Made by a program: the position numbers and the translations under genes. DNA of 64,000 nucleotides, from assembly GCA_964016885.1 (NCBI GenBank), contig OZ024743.1, positions 39,184,001-39,248,000 of the forward strand, read 5' to 3'. Position 1 is the first letter of the stretch, and each line of letters opens with the position of its first letter. This document shows positions 1 through 14,546 of this stretch, piece after piece. Origin of the DNA: Eledone cirrhosa. Its lineage: Eukaryota. Below the pieces are notes generated by a model, which saw only the letters and a list, made by a program, of their open reading frames with translations, ran no database searches and was not told the DNA's origin.

Positions 1-737
1 TCGGTACCCTAGCGTATTTGTCCACCCTATTTCCCCGTTGTCATATTTTACCGTCTTATGTTTCAGTGCCTTACTGTCCCTTAATAGTATCTTATGACGA
101 AGATGATGTTTATTTTGATGGTGATGATGATGATTATAATGATTTTGATGGTGATGATGAGGTTGCGGATGTATGGATGGTGATGAAGAAGGTGGTGCTA
201 TCTTAATGGTGATGATGTTGATGACAATGACGATACATATTTTCTCACCAGTTCAATCTCCTTTGTAGACGCATACAATAAAAGAGAGCAAAGTTGTTTT
301 ACACCATCCCCTTCCCTACCGTTTACACACTCATACATTCACCGCACACATACACTTACCCCCCCCCCCCCCCACACGCACACACACGCACATATAAACA
401 TAGATAGCTTTGTGCAAATGTTGAAACGGTGTTTAATTTTTTTTTCACCTTAGAATTTTCACCATCCCCCTTCCTTCGTGTTAACACTTTCATCCCACAT
501 CAGGCTGACACACGGATAGAAACGATTCGACTTTAAGTAATATAGATATATAAATCCGTCTCTGACTCCACTAGATAGCATTTCGGTTCTCTTAGATGCT
601 GTGAAGCCTGGTGGTCAACAGCCGATGACCCTGGAGTTTGACATTTTTTTTATTTAAAAAAATGTTTCTTTAATGTTTCCCCTTAAAAAAAATTGATTTC
701 CGTTCACTGCATTCTCCTCTCTTTCATAAGTTTCTTA

Positions 738-852
<115 letters not shown>

Positions 853-924
853 TTTAAAATAGCAGATTAAAGTTTAAGCAAAGAATCGCTGTTTTCTTAT
901 ATATACTGTATATATGAACAAATT

Positions 925-1015
925 CAGGCCCCAACGGCTGAGCTCCATTCATTTCAACAGCTACTCTGATGGGTTATGGTTCCCCTGGTATTTTACCACA
1001 CCCTATCTGATATAT
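925..1015 (+). repeat. Internally deleted copy of the TA-flanked palindromic element family
   Basis: ggccccaacggctgagctc... matches the left arm at ~15795; gttatggttcccctggtattttaccaca matches the tail gttatggtccacctggttccttaccaca; followed by (TA)n. Confidence 0.6.
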
Positions 1016-2423
1016 AAATATATATATACATATATATATATATAATCAGTGATCCCTAATGATGTCTACGCTGATATCAGTCATTGAAATTAAATTGCTC
1101 ATTAATTTTCTAATGCGAATATGTTTCTAATTGAAATATTTAAAACAGAAATGAAGTGTATGTAGCATCAGTGTCTATATATGAATTAAAGCTGTGCACA
1201 TTAGTTACTGAAATCATTTTTCTTTAATTTTCTGACATTTAGAGATAGCTGCACGGATAGCTGTTGATTACTACGTCATTTGCTGTTTCATATGTTCTAC
1301 ATTTATTTGTTTATATTCTGCACGTTTGGATGTATTTCTCCTTTAAATATCTGGGTATGTTAATTATGAAATAGCGTTTTCATGTTTAATGTAATATTTT
1401 GAAAATGATCATTTTCAGCAATCATTATATTTGTTTGATTTTTCTTCCTATATGCTATCTTCATGGATGAAACTGAAATTTGTAATTATCTGATGTATTT
1501 CAAATGTCTAAAATATATATTTCTGGTTATAGAAATTGGTAATAGTTAAAAGAGTGTATATAAATAAAACACACACTCATAGATCGTTGGAAAACCTATG
1601 TTCCTTATTTGGCTTGTGATTATGAATATATATGTTGACTCTTAAACTGCACATGTTTCGTTCACTCTCTATACTTAACTATATGCTTTCCCATACAATT
1701 TCTTTATACAAGTAACATTTAATTTACGATATATTACAAAAAAAATGTGTTTCTTTTTAATTTCTGAATTTCTCGACTTTCCCTTTTATTGGGAAGAGGC
1801 TCTCAAATTCTTGTGGTTACATACCACGTGTCTTGGGCATATAGAACTGGTGAACCCTTCTCTCTCCATGTCTGAACAGAGCCAATTTCTTGAATACATA
1901 AAAGACAGTGTAAGTGCAATAAAGCAACAAAAAAGATACATGGAGATTTGAAATCCCGTACTGGACAGTTATTTAATGTCCCCGAAGTATGAACAGAATA
2001 TATGAACTCTGTGCAACTGGAGCTCAGAGCACAAAGAACAGTTGCGGATGCTGCAGAGGTTTCTGTCTGATATTATATCAATTCTGCCAAGTCACTGCCT
2101 TTTTATCCTATTTCGATTGCTAAGACAGGAATAAATGAATAACAGAACTTAATTATTCAACTCGCTTACAGATATTTTCAGCAAGTAGCAATGCGTGAAA
2201 TATATTTTATGTGGTGATCGTATTACTAATGCGTATTTCAAAATATATTTTAACCAATTGAGCAATCATAAAACTGCTGCCTATTTCAAGCGGTGTTTGA
2301 TTGATGGAAACGTTAGAGTATCGGGTAGTTTGCGCCATGTGTTCAGGTGTCTTATGCACTCGGATCAATACCCGCGGAGATCTACTTAGCCTTTCAACCA
2401 TTTGGTCGTTTGATGAGTAAAAA

Positions 2424-2608
2424 GGGCGGTGGATTGGCAGTATCGGTAGAGGGTCGAACGCCATGCTTTGCAGCACATAGTTATGGTCTGAGTTCAAATT
2501 CCGCCGAGGTTAACTTTGCCTTTCATCCTTACGGGGTCGATAAAATAAAGTACCAGTAAGGAACTGGGATAATAACTGGCGTTGTACCAAAAGTAGAAAT
2601 AATTATTA
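2424..2608 (+). mobile_element. tRNA-derived SINE, family A
   Basis: gggcggtggattggcagtatcggtaga head (A-box-like), gagttcaaattcc (B-box-like), core ttcatccttacggggtcgataaaataaagtaccag, tail aaagtagaaataattatta; repeated at least 6 times in the window. Confidence 0.85.
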
Positions 2609-3839
2609 CTGCTTATTTTAATGACCCACAGCATTCAATTACAGCTCTTTACATTCCGAATTCAAATTTGATACTCTCTCTCTCTCTCTTTCTCCCACCT
2701 CAACTCTCTCTCTCTCTCTCTCTCTCTCTGTATCTTGCTCTCTCTCTCTCTTTCTCTCTCTCTCTCACTCTCTCTCTCTGTTATTTCAATTGTTGCATGT
2801 TTTATAGTCTACTCTGCTTATTCTTATAATTTAAATTGTTATTAGTTGACAATAGTAATATTGAATGTAATTAATTTTTGGAGTCCAGGATTTGTATGAC
2901 ATATCTAAAGGAATCATTCAGATATATGAATAATCATTGAAAGTAGGAAATTTATGTTTTGATAAAGTCTATATATGGACAAGTAACACCTCGTGGATTC
3001 GTAGTGGTCTCCCCATAACATAGGACGTGTCTTGCACACGTTAAACCTGACAGATCCCATCATGTCAACATATATAAAGAACATATTTCATGCAGCGAAG
3101 GCAAAAGAGATGATAGAAAGGGATCCAAAGGAATGATTTTTTTGTTTTTAACGCCATTCAAAGGATAACAGATTTGACCTCAGATAGTACGGATACCAGA
3201 AACGAATATTACAAAGCAATCCATCCGATATCCTAACGACTTAGCGAAGTGGCTGCACTTTTAATAAATTAATACACTAGATGCGAAAAATGTCGTAGTT
3301 CATTTGAGTTCTTGATATGTAAAAGACTTCACAATATGACTAAGACTTGAAACTATACGCACAAATGACATGCAAGAATAAGGTATGAATAACCGTTCAA
3401 AAAGTAACTATTTATAAGGTAAATATTAAGGTGTGCTTTAAACAGGCGCAGTACATGATAAAGTTATGTCTGAATATACACAGAATTGAGGTAACCAACA
3501 CTGGTTAATTTAGACATTGAGTTTGTAGACATATAATCATATAATATATACTTATTTCCCTATATATTTAAAATAAATAATTCACTTAGCAGGATTTTAG
3601 TCCTATATGATACTTCATTAGACAACATGTAATAAAACCTAAATCGCCAGTTGGATAATATGTAATCAAGAGTAATATATACCTTGTCACTCATGCAACT
3701 CACTTACAGATATACCCTGTAATGTACCGACTAATTTCTATATGTTTAGGTATTTATTATTTATTGTGGATTTTGACACTTTAAATCAGTATATTAACTA
3801 CTTAGAACTTTTTGTTTTGATGTATTCAAAGTCAACTAG

Positions 3840-4640
3840 CACGATTTCTCGAAGACCTGCCGTAATGTAAATATGTTGTCGGCTTTGCTGCGTGAAGGCA
3901 AAAGTGTCACTATACATCATCCATTTCGACTTGACAAATTTCATGCACATGGATCTTATCCAACCTTCTTGCTTGAGGTCGCTTGCCAGTTAGTTTGTCC
4001 GTAACATCTGTCAATCGATGTTACTCCAAAAACCCTTCGGTGGAGCCCCGTTTCGAGCCCGTATATTTGCTATCGTATTCATTCGGTCATTAACCAAGAT
4101 TCATGAACATAAATAAGGGTTGGCACGAATACCGAACTGAATATAGCGTGTTTTGCTTTTACACCCATCTCCCTTCTGATTACTGAATGCTGAAGTGGCG
4201 CATTACTGCCTCCTACTAATCTTGCACTTACTTCATCTTCCTGCTTTCCATCAATCGGGAACAGGGTCCCCGCGTACTTGAACATCTCTACCTGCGTCAA
4301 TGGGACTCCATTCACATGCAGATTGGACTGAGCAGACTTTCTTGAGAGGACGAACATCTCAGTATACGCTCCACTGATTTTCATTCCAGCCATACGACAC
4401 TCGGCATCAAACGTATCGAGTTCAAGTAGGAGATGATCTTTTGTCGAGTTAAGTAACACACTGTCATTTACAAATTAGAGTCGATTGATTTTATACACGC
4501 CAGTCATGACACCACTTCTAACCTGCCTGCGCATGTCAATCCTCTTCAAGTAAATACTGAACAGGAGAGGTGAATGTATGCACACCTAGTGGAGTTCGAC
4601 TACCATATTTAATGGTTTCCATTTAGCACTATTTATCTTA
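3840..4640 (-). mobile_element. Degenerate RTE-clade LINE reverse transcriptase fragment
   Basis: ORF 4079-4459: GMKIS..TEMFVLSR, VNGVPLTQVEMFKYAG, KAKHAIFSSVFVPTLIYVHESW are late RT/thumb motifs of RTE elements. Confidence 0.75.
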
Positions 4641-4711
4641 ATACAAATACTTGGGGTTGCGTTTAGAGACATCAGAGCTGCAAGGAGTATACATATATAT
4701 ATATACATACA

Positions 4712-4746
<35 letters not shown>

Positions 4747-4851
4747 GTGTGTGTGATGGAGGGGGGGTATAAGGTAAACAGAAATAACAAAACAATCGAT
4801 ACAGTATATGAAAGGGATATATTAGGTTACGCTTGATATAGCAAGACGCGG

Positions 4852-4889
4852 TTCTTAAAGTTTCGGGCGCTAGTCTTTCAGCAGAAGAA
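4852..4889 (-). ncRNA. Degenerate minimal type-I hammerhead ribozyme (PLE-type)
   Basis: Minus strand TTCTT CTGCTGA AAGAC TAGC GCCC GAAAC TTT AAGAA: perfect 5-bp stem I, one core substitution; sister copy at ~46655-46690 reads CTGATAA...AAAACGTC. Confidence 0.45.
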
Positions 4890-5322
4890 ATAATAAGAAA
4901 TAAGATAGATTGTAGGGATGGACGGGTTGTAATTGGAAAAATGTCTTTAGATAAAAATAACAGGTCCATTCATATTGACTTCCCTTGCAGAACTGTTTGT
5001 CCTGGTGTTTTGTGTATGATTTATTTTTTAGAAAAGTTGATGATGGAGCGCGTCTACCTGAAATGGAAATAAACCGTCTTGTAAAAAGAGCTATACTTGG
5101 GCACGTGCGTAAACATGCGTGTGTGTGTGTTATTATACGTCCGTACGAAACTAAGACGAAGTGCGTGTGTATATGTGAATAAAAGAGTGTGTGTGCATGT
5201 ACGTTCGAAGCTATGAGCAAAAGTATGTTAATATAAGGGTGTGTATGTGAGTATAGAGAACAGTGAAGGCAAAGGTGGAGTGAGCATATATAGTCGGCCT
5301 ATATATATATGTATATATATAT

Positions 5323-5895
5323 CTTGGTTGTCCATCGTAAACGATGATGACATAGACGATGATGACATATCGCGGTGGGCGCGAAGGTGGATGTGGAGGC
5401 CGATCCTTGACATGCAGGTCAGGGGACATTGTGGGCAGGAGAAGAAACCGGAGTCGCTTGGGGCAACTGTTGATGCATTTCTCCTCCTTTCACGGGCCTC
5501 AGTGAGCTCTACCCGTCTCTTCTCTTCAAAAGAGGCTTTGGCGCGTCTAGTAAGGGCTCGCCACTCAGTCCTGTCCTGAGCATGGGACTCGAGTTGTTTT
5601 GGAGCGATCCCAGTGTTGTTGATATTGAACTTCACGCAGTCGTTGAACCTCTTGAGAGACCTGCCCCGCTTTCGTTTCCCCGAACAGAGTTCCCTATTCA
5701 TCAGTTGCTTCGGAAGCCTGTGATCGTACATCCGGATGACGTGTCCCACCCATCGAAGTCAGCTCTTCAGTATCATAGCTTCGACACTGGTTGTCGCAGC
5801 CATGGCAAGAACTTCGAGGTTGGAGACCTTGTCCTGCCATGTGATGTTCATCATTGACGGCAGGCTGGGCATGTGGAACCGTTCCAGCTGCCAGG
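5323..5895 (-). mobile_element. 5'-truncated RTE (BovB-like) LINE 3' end
   Basis: GHVIRMYDHRLPKQL..ELCSGKRKRG..KRFNDC..AQDRTEWR and terminal CPQCPLTCMSRIGLHIHLRAH motif; flanked by (TA)n. Confidence 0.85.
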
Positions 5896-5945
<50 letters not shown>

Positions 5946-5975
5946 AGAGAGAGATAGAGAGATAGAGAGAGGGAA

Positions 5976-6101
<126 letters not shown>

Positions 6102-6699
6102 TGGTAAGACTATGTATGTGTGTATTTGCAATGTTGTGTCCGTATTTAATGTACGTCTACACCGCTTAACCAACTGATATTTGCTTATTTCCAGTTCATA
6201 ACTTATAAGATCAGTTCGGCATATAGACTGAGAGTTTAGGGTTTCTTTCGAGTTCTTTTTTCATTATTTGCTCTTAGTATATATATATTTACTGATTTCT
6301 AAAAAATAAATTTAAGATCAATATTAGAAAATGGAGGAAACATTTACTGTTATATAATTGCCTAAACTAACGTTGACCGTAGTTGTCTATTCGGGGTTAT
6401 ACATAATTTCTATTGACCCAAATATTAACTGAAATTATGGGTAACTAAGTATCATGAATTGAACTAAATTATTTTGATAACTGTCATATCTGTAATATCA
6501 AACAATGATTTATTGATGCTAGAAGAGAATAGCTGAACATTTCAATATTTTGTTTCCCTAATTTTGACATTAGTTTTTATATGTTTATGACAGTAATTAC
6601 TATCAATTTTATATATCAGGCTACTTCAGAGTTGGAAAATTCCTATAATAGTATCAATCATAATCTGAATCATTGGAAAGTTGCTGATGATTTATATTC

Positions 6700-7100
6700 T
6701 TCATATCACATCATCAGAGACACAATTGAAAAGAATACATCATTTTTGACGTACTTACCTTTATATATTGCATTAACTATGCAAATAGTGTGTTTGGTTT
6801 GCTTTCTGGTATGGAATGGCGATTGTTGTCAAGAGGAGGTGGATAAAAATTTGGGACTATATCTGTAACCTCGGTAATATCCCTTGACCACCCGCTCGGT
6901 TGTGTCCTTGATTAAAACATATTTTTTTCCATTTGCTCCAATCTGCGCAGATGAACAGTAGGGGTTTCCACGACACCTGTGCAAATCTGTATTGACCTTA
7001 TCTTTTTCTTTTGACACATTACTGGTATGGATAATGAGACTACCGAATTAGGTAGATTTCATCCGAGAGACTGCCAGATATACATTGGAACTTCACGCTG
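6700..7100 (-). pseudogene. Possible highly decayed piggyBac-like transposase fragment
   Basis: NPYCSSAQIGANGK..TERVVKG..YS followed by DN..SIP resembles the piggyBac catalytic region; many stops/frameshifts. Confidence 0.3.
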
Positions 7101-7629
7101 AAAATGATAACATATCCATAATGTTGCAGAATCTGGTGAACATTTAAAGAGAAAGGTTATCATATTCAGCTGTTAGAAATAAGCACACAATTGGCGGTAA
7201 CATTCAAATAGATTAAAAGGTGCCGGAGCTCTCACTCATGTTATTTATGTGATTAACGTAGACAGAAAAGCAAAATACATGCAAATCGAATTGATATAAG
7301 AGACATAGTGTTCAACCTACAAATAAAGGTATTTCTGGAAGAAATTTAAAATAATCTCTAATGAGCTATCCGTTTAGATTCCGTCTAGCTGTGTCGCTAT
7401 ACACTGTCGAGGTGAAGTTACAAAAGCTATGAAGCCTTGCATTGTGAAATACCAGTATTCACGGAACAGAATGCCAAGGCATCTAAATTTATGAGAACAT
7501 TCAATGTGCACAACCACGGTATTTGTAAATATGTTTATTTATGCATTTCTACATTATGAAACTACTTTTCTTTTTCTTCGCTTAATTATGTATGAAAGAG
7601 TCCTCAAACACTCATGCCAGCGGATATTG

Positions 7630-8548
<919 letters not shown>

Positions 8549-9917
8549 GTGTGTGTGTGTATGTATTTGTGTGTGTGTGTGTGTGCGTGTCTGTTTATAT
8601 GTGCGTACTTGTGTATGTATCTGTGTGGGTATGTGAGTACCTGCGTTTTTTACAAGCATATATTATCTAAATATTCTATTTTAGTTTCGCACCCAGTTAA
8701 TTATATCTGCTCACATTAGATTAATACTCGCCAAGTCAACAGCAGTTAACAATCAATCGTCTGTTATCGTTTATTGAATTCATAAGTTATACTTGAAATA
8801 TTATTCCAACATCAAACTGACTGAAGTATCAATATTGAATGTCGATATTAGGAATCTCTCTGACATCTAACACATGGGCATTTGAAGAATAATATCGACT
8901 AATGCCACTTTAATATATAATACGCCATATATTGACCTCTTAACACATATATTACTCTTCACTCTACGTTTATATAATATTTAGATGCAAACTGCATTAC
9001 GTCTAATCTGAAAATATTTCATTGCTGAGAGTTGTAAGATGTTAATGATAGCCATGTAGATTATGTTTTCCGTTGTCTCATTAATGAACAATATCTAATA
9101 AGAACCATCTAGGTGGATGGACAATTGTATTTACATTTAAAGTGACAAGATTGCTTTGATTGTGAGAGGAATGAAGGTTATGAAGTGTGCAAAAAAATAT
9201 ATTCACCATTAAACGATTAACGAACATGACCTAACCAGAGAGTAGCTACATTTGTGATAACATTCAGAAACAATAGTAGGGCAGTTTACAGATAACCCTT
9301 CCGGGCCTCTGAGACAGATGAAAAGGGAAAAGGAAGATGTATCGAATCCGCAGACAACCCACAAAAGCTTGCAAACTATTGTAATTTGTTTAAGAAAAAC
9401 AATAGCCGAGTAGTGATATTAATCAACTTGGTGGATTACATTCACACGTTCAGTCAAGTAAGCCACAACGTAATTTTTATTCATTCTATGAAAATACTTG
9501 TGAAATATTTCAATGCGTCTATATTTTAGATTTCGTGGAATCTGAACAAGTAGAGCAGTCCATCTGAACTAGGTCGCAACGATATTGTCTATTCGGCACC
9601 TAACACTTGCTTTACATATACGTTAAATAGCACATAACTCGGACTGTGCTACGAATGAAGAAATTTAGCAATATAGTCTTCTGCATACAAAACATCTGGA
9701 CGCTCAAGGTTGGTAGAGGGCAATTGAAATGCACAATAACAATTATAGTCCATTCAATGTTCTTCAGCATAATTTCTTTTCTCTTGATTTCACACGAAAT
9801 ATATTTGTTGCCAGCTGCGTTAGAAGAGTTTTATACGAGGATTAGAACCAACTGGATCAAATGGGAAATTAACTCCAATACTTAATCTGACCACAGTATA
9901 TAAACATCAGCAGAAAT

Positions 9918-9923
<6 letters not shown>

Positions 9924-9976
<53 letters not shown>

Positions 9977-10105
9977 TAAGGGCCAAAATATAGAGGATAT
10001 TGCATAAACAGAGACACTGGAGATTTACAATAAAATCGAGTAAAATGACACAATAACAAAAATAATTAACATCAAAATATAAAAATATAAAATATAAAAA
10101 ATGAA

Positions 10106-10170
<65 letters not shown>

Positions 10171-10200
10171 ATAGTCGTCGTAGTAGTAGTAGTAATAGTA
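9924..10200. repeat. (CTA)n and (TAG)n tracts in inverted orientation
   Basis: (cta)n at ~9924-9976 and (agt)n at ~10107-10200. Confidence 0.9.
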
Positions 10201-10770
10201 ATTTCCGGAAGAGTAGAAAGGCCGCTGCAAATACTCATATGGCCGTACGTAAGTTTCAATTATTAATCAACAATGTAATAACAGAAAACTGCAGAAAAAA
10301 TATTTCAGTATGACATGAAATGATTATCAGAAGTCTTGTGACATTGTTCCCCAAACGTTGATAATGAACAAACTAACTATAGAAAATTGTTGGCCAACAA
10401 TAGAAACATTATTGAAACATGTCATTAATAAGTGGCAATCTGTTCTGAATGATATGTGCATAAAAACATGAATGATATGTGCATAAAAACAGCACAACCC
10501 AAAATAAAGAGAGATATCTGAAGTAGTCTCCCTTCCACCACTCCATTTCTTCTCAGCAGTTTCACCTTTATCTGAGATGTGAATTAGAACTCGAGCTGAT
10601 TATAAATGTTGTTAAGCAAATTAACTATCACTAAATATATGATATACTTTACACTGCAGACGAGAGTGAACTTTTTTTAAATGTTGCTGACTATCCAAGG
10701 TTTCATCTAAGAAATAAGCGTGGGCTTTGAACTAGAAGAATATGCTATGGCAAACCTGAAGAGATTAAAA

Positions 10771-10892
10771 TAATTGTTTCTTCTTTTGGCACAAAGCCAG
10801 CAATTATCCCAGTATATTACTGGTGCTTTATTTTATCGATCCCGTAAAGGATGAAAGGCAAAGTTAACCTCTGCAGAATTTGGACACAGAAT
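10771..10892 (-). mobile_element. SINE family A, 3' half
   Basis: Reverse complement of core: ctggtgctttattttatcgatcccgtaaaggatgaaaggcaaagttaacctc. Confidence 0.8.
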
Positions 10893-11344
10893 GGCGAAAG
10901 TTTATAATATTGTGCTAGATAAAGTATCTGAGATAAAAGAATTAGTTCAATCAAATACCTAGATGGGTTTCACCAGGCACAGTGGAAAGAAAAGATTAGC
11001 AAGAAATACTATAGATGTATTAGATTACTTACGACTGAACTAAAGTCAAAGAATAAGGTAATAGGCATCAATAATATAGGAATAATAACAACACGATACG
11101 ACTTTAAAATGTTGAACTGGACTCTAACTAAATATTATAGTTTCCACGGACAAACAGAGAGAGAGAACTTATGCAACTAAACAAATTATTATAAAATATC
11201 TATTGTTGGAAAATAAAAAAAAAATCTCCAGAATCCTATGCTAATACATTAGCAATGAAAACCCCTGCATGTCCAATACTCGAAAATAATTAATAGGACG
11301 GAAATGAACACGCAAAATTCACATACGTGTTTAGAATCATTTGA

Positions 11345-11459
<115 letters not shown>

Positions 11460-12518
11460 TGTGTGTGGGTGTGTGTATGTGTGTGTGTGTGAGAAAGCAT
11501 AACGAGAATCTAGATGAGGAAAAGAGAAACAATCATGAAGGGAGGAATGCGGAATTGTGTCCTGAATATATTTTTTATTCCGTTAGTAAAATAAGTTGGC
11601 TTACTTTGAATTAATAATGAATGAATATTACATAATTTATGTACTAAAATTCTTAGCTGTTGGTTAAACATAAATATTCTGATATATATTGACTGCTTAT
11701 TTTAAGATTCCCTTTTAAAATTTTCAAATGTAAATACTTCCGGCTATGATATAATATACGCAATATCACATCGCTTATATAAACTTTCATATATTTCCAT
11801 AGTTATATAACGTCTATATTTCTATCACTAATTTTCTTTTTTTTTCGTTTTTATTACATTTCATCACAATGAGGTTTATATATAATATCGTCTTTTTTAA
11901 ATGTATCATGGATTACTTACTGATAACAGAAGAAAGTGTAACATAGTCCCTCTTCAATTTCGGTGCATATTCTCAATTACCAATTTATTTGATGTGTTGT
12001 ATCTACATGCATATATATTTGCGTATAATATCAATATGACACTACACATGCTAGCAGTAAACCACCCGAAGGGTAGTGTTTCAGCTAGTTCCTATAATAA
12101 AACCTGCTCCGGGAATGACCAAATAAACGAAAAAACACATGGATATATCGATAAAATAGATAGCTAAATTCCCATAACTTACAAATATATTGGGCATAGA
12201 AAAAATAACCCTGCTAGGAAATGTACACATTATGAAGAGCACTATCATTAGAATATGAAAAACAACACTGCGTAAACCCAAGATACACAGTGGTGTACTC
12301 AAAAATTCAGGAATAAAAAAAATAGTATGTTCAGACTTTCCAGTAACTATCTATAGAACACAAATGATTGATAAGAACAAAAGCAACAGCAACAAAGTTG
12401 ATTATGATGTGATTTATGCTCTATATTTGCCGATGGCTTTTGTAGGAAAGGCAAATGGACGCATACAATTAAGCACAACACTCGTATATATATATATATG
12501 TGTGTGTGTGTGTGCGTG

Positions 12519-12562
<44 letters not shown>

Positions 12563-13189
12563 ATGTGTGCGTGCGTGTGTGCGTGTGTGGGTGCGTGTGT
12601 GGGTGATTTTGTCATTATCATTATTACAGTCGAATAACAGTTGATATAGTCCAAACCATAATTAAATATTGAAGTATATTCTTCAACGCCTGCACAATCG
12701 TTTATTAATAGAAAGCTGTTGTAGCATGTATTCATCTCAAGATTATTTTTCATAGAGGATTTGTCATATTCTCAACGTAAGAATCTACGCCTACAACATA
12801 ATAACGCTGTAACCACTCTATATAAATATATACATATACATTACCACACACACACACACACACACACACACTTACACACACATATATATATATATATGCT
12901 CTGGTGTGAGTTGGTGGGTGTGTGGTTGCGTGTAGTAACGAGGAAAAGAGGATGTAAACATTACGTGAAGTAGTGTATTCTTATATATTATGTCATTAGC
13001 TACTACTAATCTTTCGTGTGTGGGTGTCAACCCATTCAACAGTTCGATGCACATATACATATATACATATGTCTATGTATCCTCCTGTATGTATTTAAGT
13101 GTGTTTGGGTATGTTATTATGTGTGGGTTGGCTGGTGTGAATGCATATATATTTCACGCAATGTATGTTTCTTTGTATCCACGAATATG

Positions 13190-13257
<68 letters not shown>

Positions 13258-13702
13258 CCAGAGATCGTCTCCACAAACCACGTAATTGTATATTAGTCTA
13301 CGACTTCTTTTATACCATAAAAGGTTTTGTCTTTGCGTGTAATTGTTTGCACCGGTCCAAATAATGACCTAATATCTTCGTTTTCCGTTCTTTGCCAGGG
13401 TACGTTTTCACGATTCAAAATATCGTCTTCCTCTCTCCCTTCGGTAGCAACGTTTTTCGAAATATTTACTTCTGCGTTCACAGATTGATTTTTTTAGTTT
13501 CAGAAGATCCCGTTAAGGGTGAAAGCACCGATTCTTTGCTGAAACTAACTTTGATCTGTTATTTTAATATATATATATATATATATATAATATATATATG
13601 TACGTTATTCTGGGTTGAATCGGAGGTAACCACAGTAAGTAAGGTACTCAATACATTGCAGAGTATAAAAGTTTTAATATAGATTAGATTCTACAGGACT
13701 AG

Positions 13703-13730
13703 AACTGTTTCATTCTTTAGAAATCATCAG

Positions 13731-13733
<3 letters not shown>
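13703..13733 (-). ncRNA. Hammerhead-like core in a TA-flanked short repeat
   Basis: Minus strand CTGATGA T TTC TAAA GAA T GAAAC; stems I/III not clearly intact. Confidence 0.4.
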
Positions 13734-13769
<36 letters not shown>

Positions 13770-14510
13770 GATTTTTCTCCGTCTCATTCTCTCCTCACTC
13801 ATGTCTGCCTTTTTATTCCTTCTAATTTTCATCGTTTTTTTCTATTCAAAGAAAAACATCCGAAATATTAAAACTGGTGTCATACTCTATCAAGAGTTAA
13901 ACTAATAAATTTACACTTCATTGTACTGTATCGTTCTCCTATGTTGTCCATACTTGCCGACTCTTCATATACCTATCTATAAACAAAATGCTAGAGAGTG
14001 AATGGTAGAGAAAGAGTGAGACTAAGAGACACCAGGTAACGATTTACGCCATATCCTATAATAATTCATTTTAATCTTGTCGAACACATTCGTATTTTGT
14101 TCATTACTTAAGTCGTAATTCTGCATCAACAAATACATAATCGTAAGTCAATGCGATTAGGAATATATATTATTAAGTATTGGCAACATGCAATTCTTTA
14201 AATTAGTTCACGTTTTTATAATCACGAATAATTTTAAATCACACTTTATAATCAATTAAAATACCGTTATATGAAAGTGTTTAGTATTTTCTGCCTGACT
14301 TACTATATATTTTTCATGTAGAATATCGGTGTTCATTGAATACTAAGTCTATATCCATCTATTTCTCGTTGGCCTTCATTCATTCTGTAATTTGATGATT
14401 ACTCAATGTATGGCTACTTGTCTGTACAATTGTATATTGATAATAGTGAGAAATGTTTAACCCATATACTTCTTCCTTCCATAATATGAATATGGAATAT
14501 TCATATTATA

Positions 14511-14542
<32 letters not shown>

Positions 14543-14546
<4 letters not shown>

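Noticed and set aside
18-235. Acidic Asp-rich ORF
   Set aside because: Degenerate (GAT)n microsatellite; similar tract at ~21200-21300
1745-2100. Possible host exon
   Set aside because: No recognisable domain or convincing splice-bounded frame
2424-2510. tRNA gene
   Set aside because: A/B-box-like head belongs to a multi-copy SINE; no cloverleaf
10446-10491. 23-bp tandem duplication
   Set aside because: Real but a trivial local duplication
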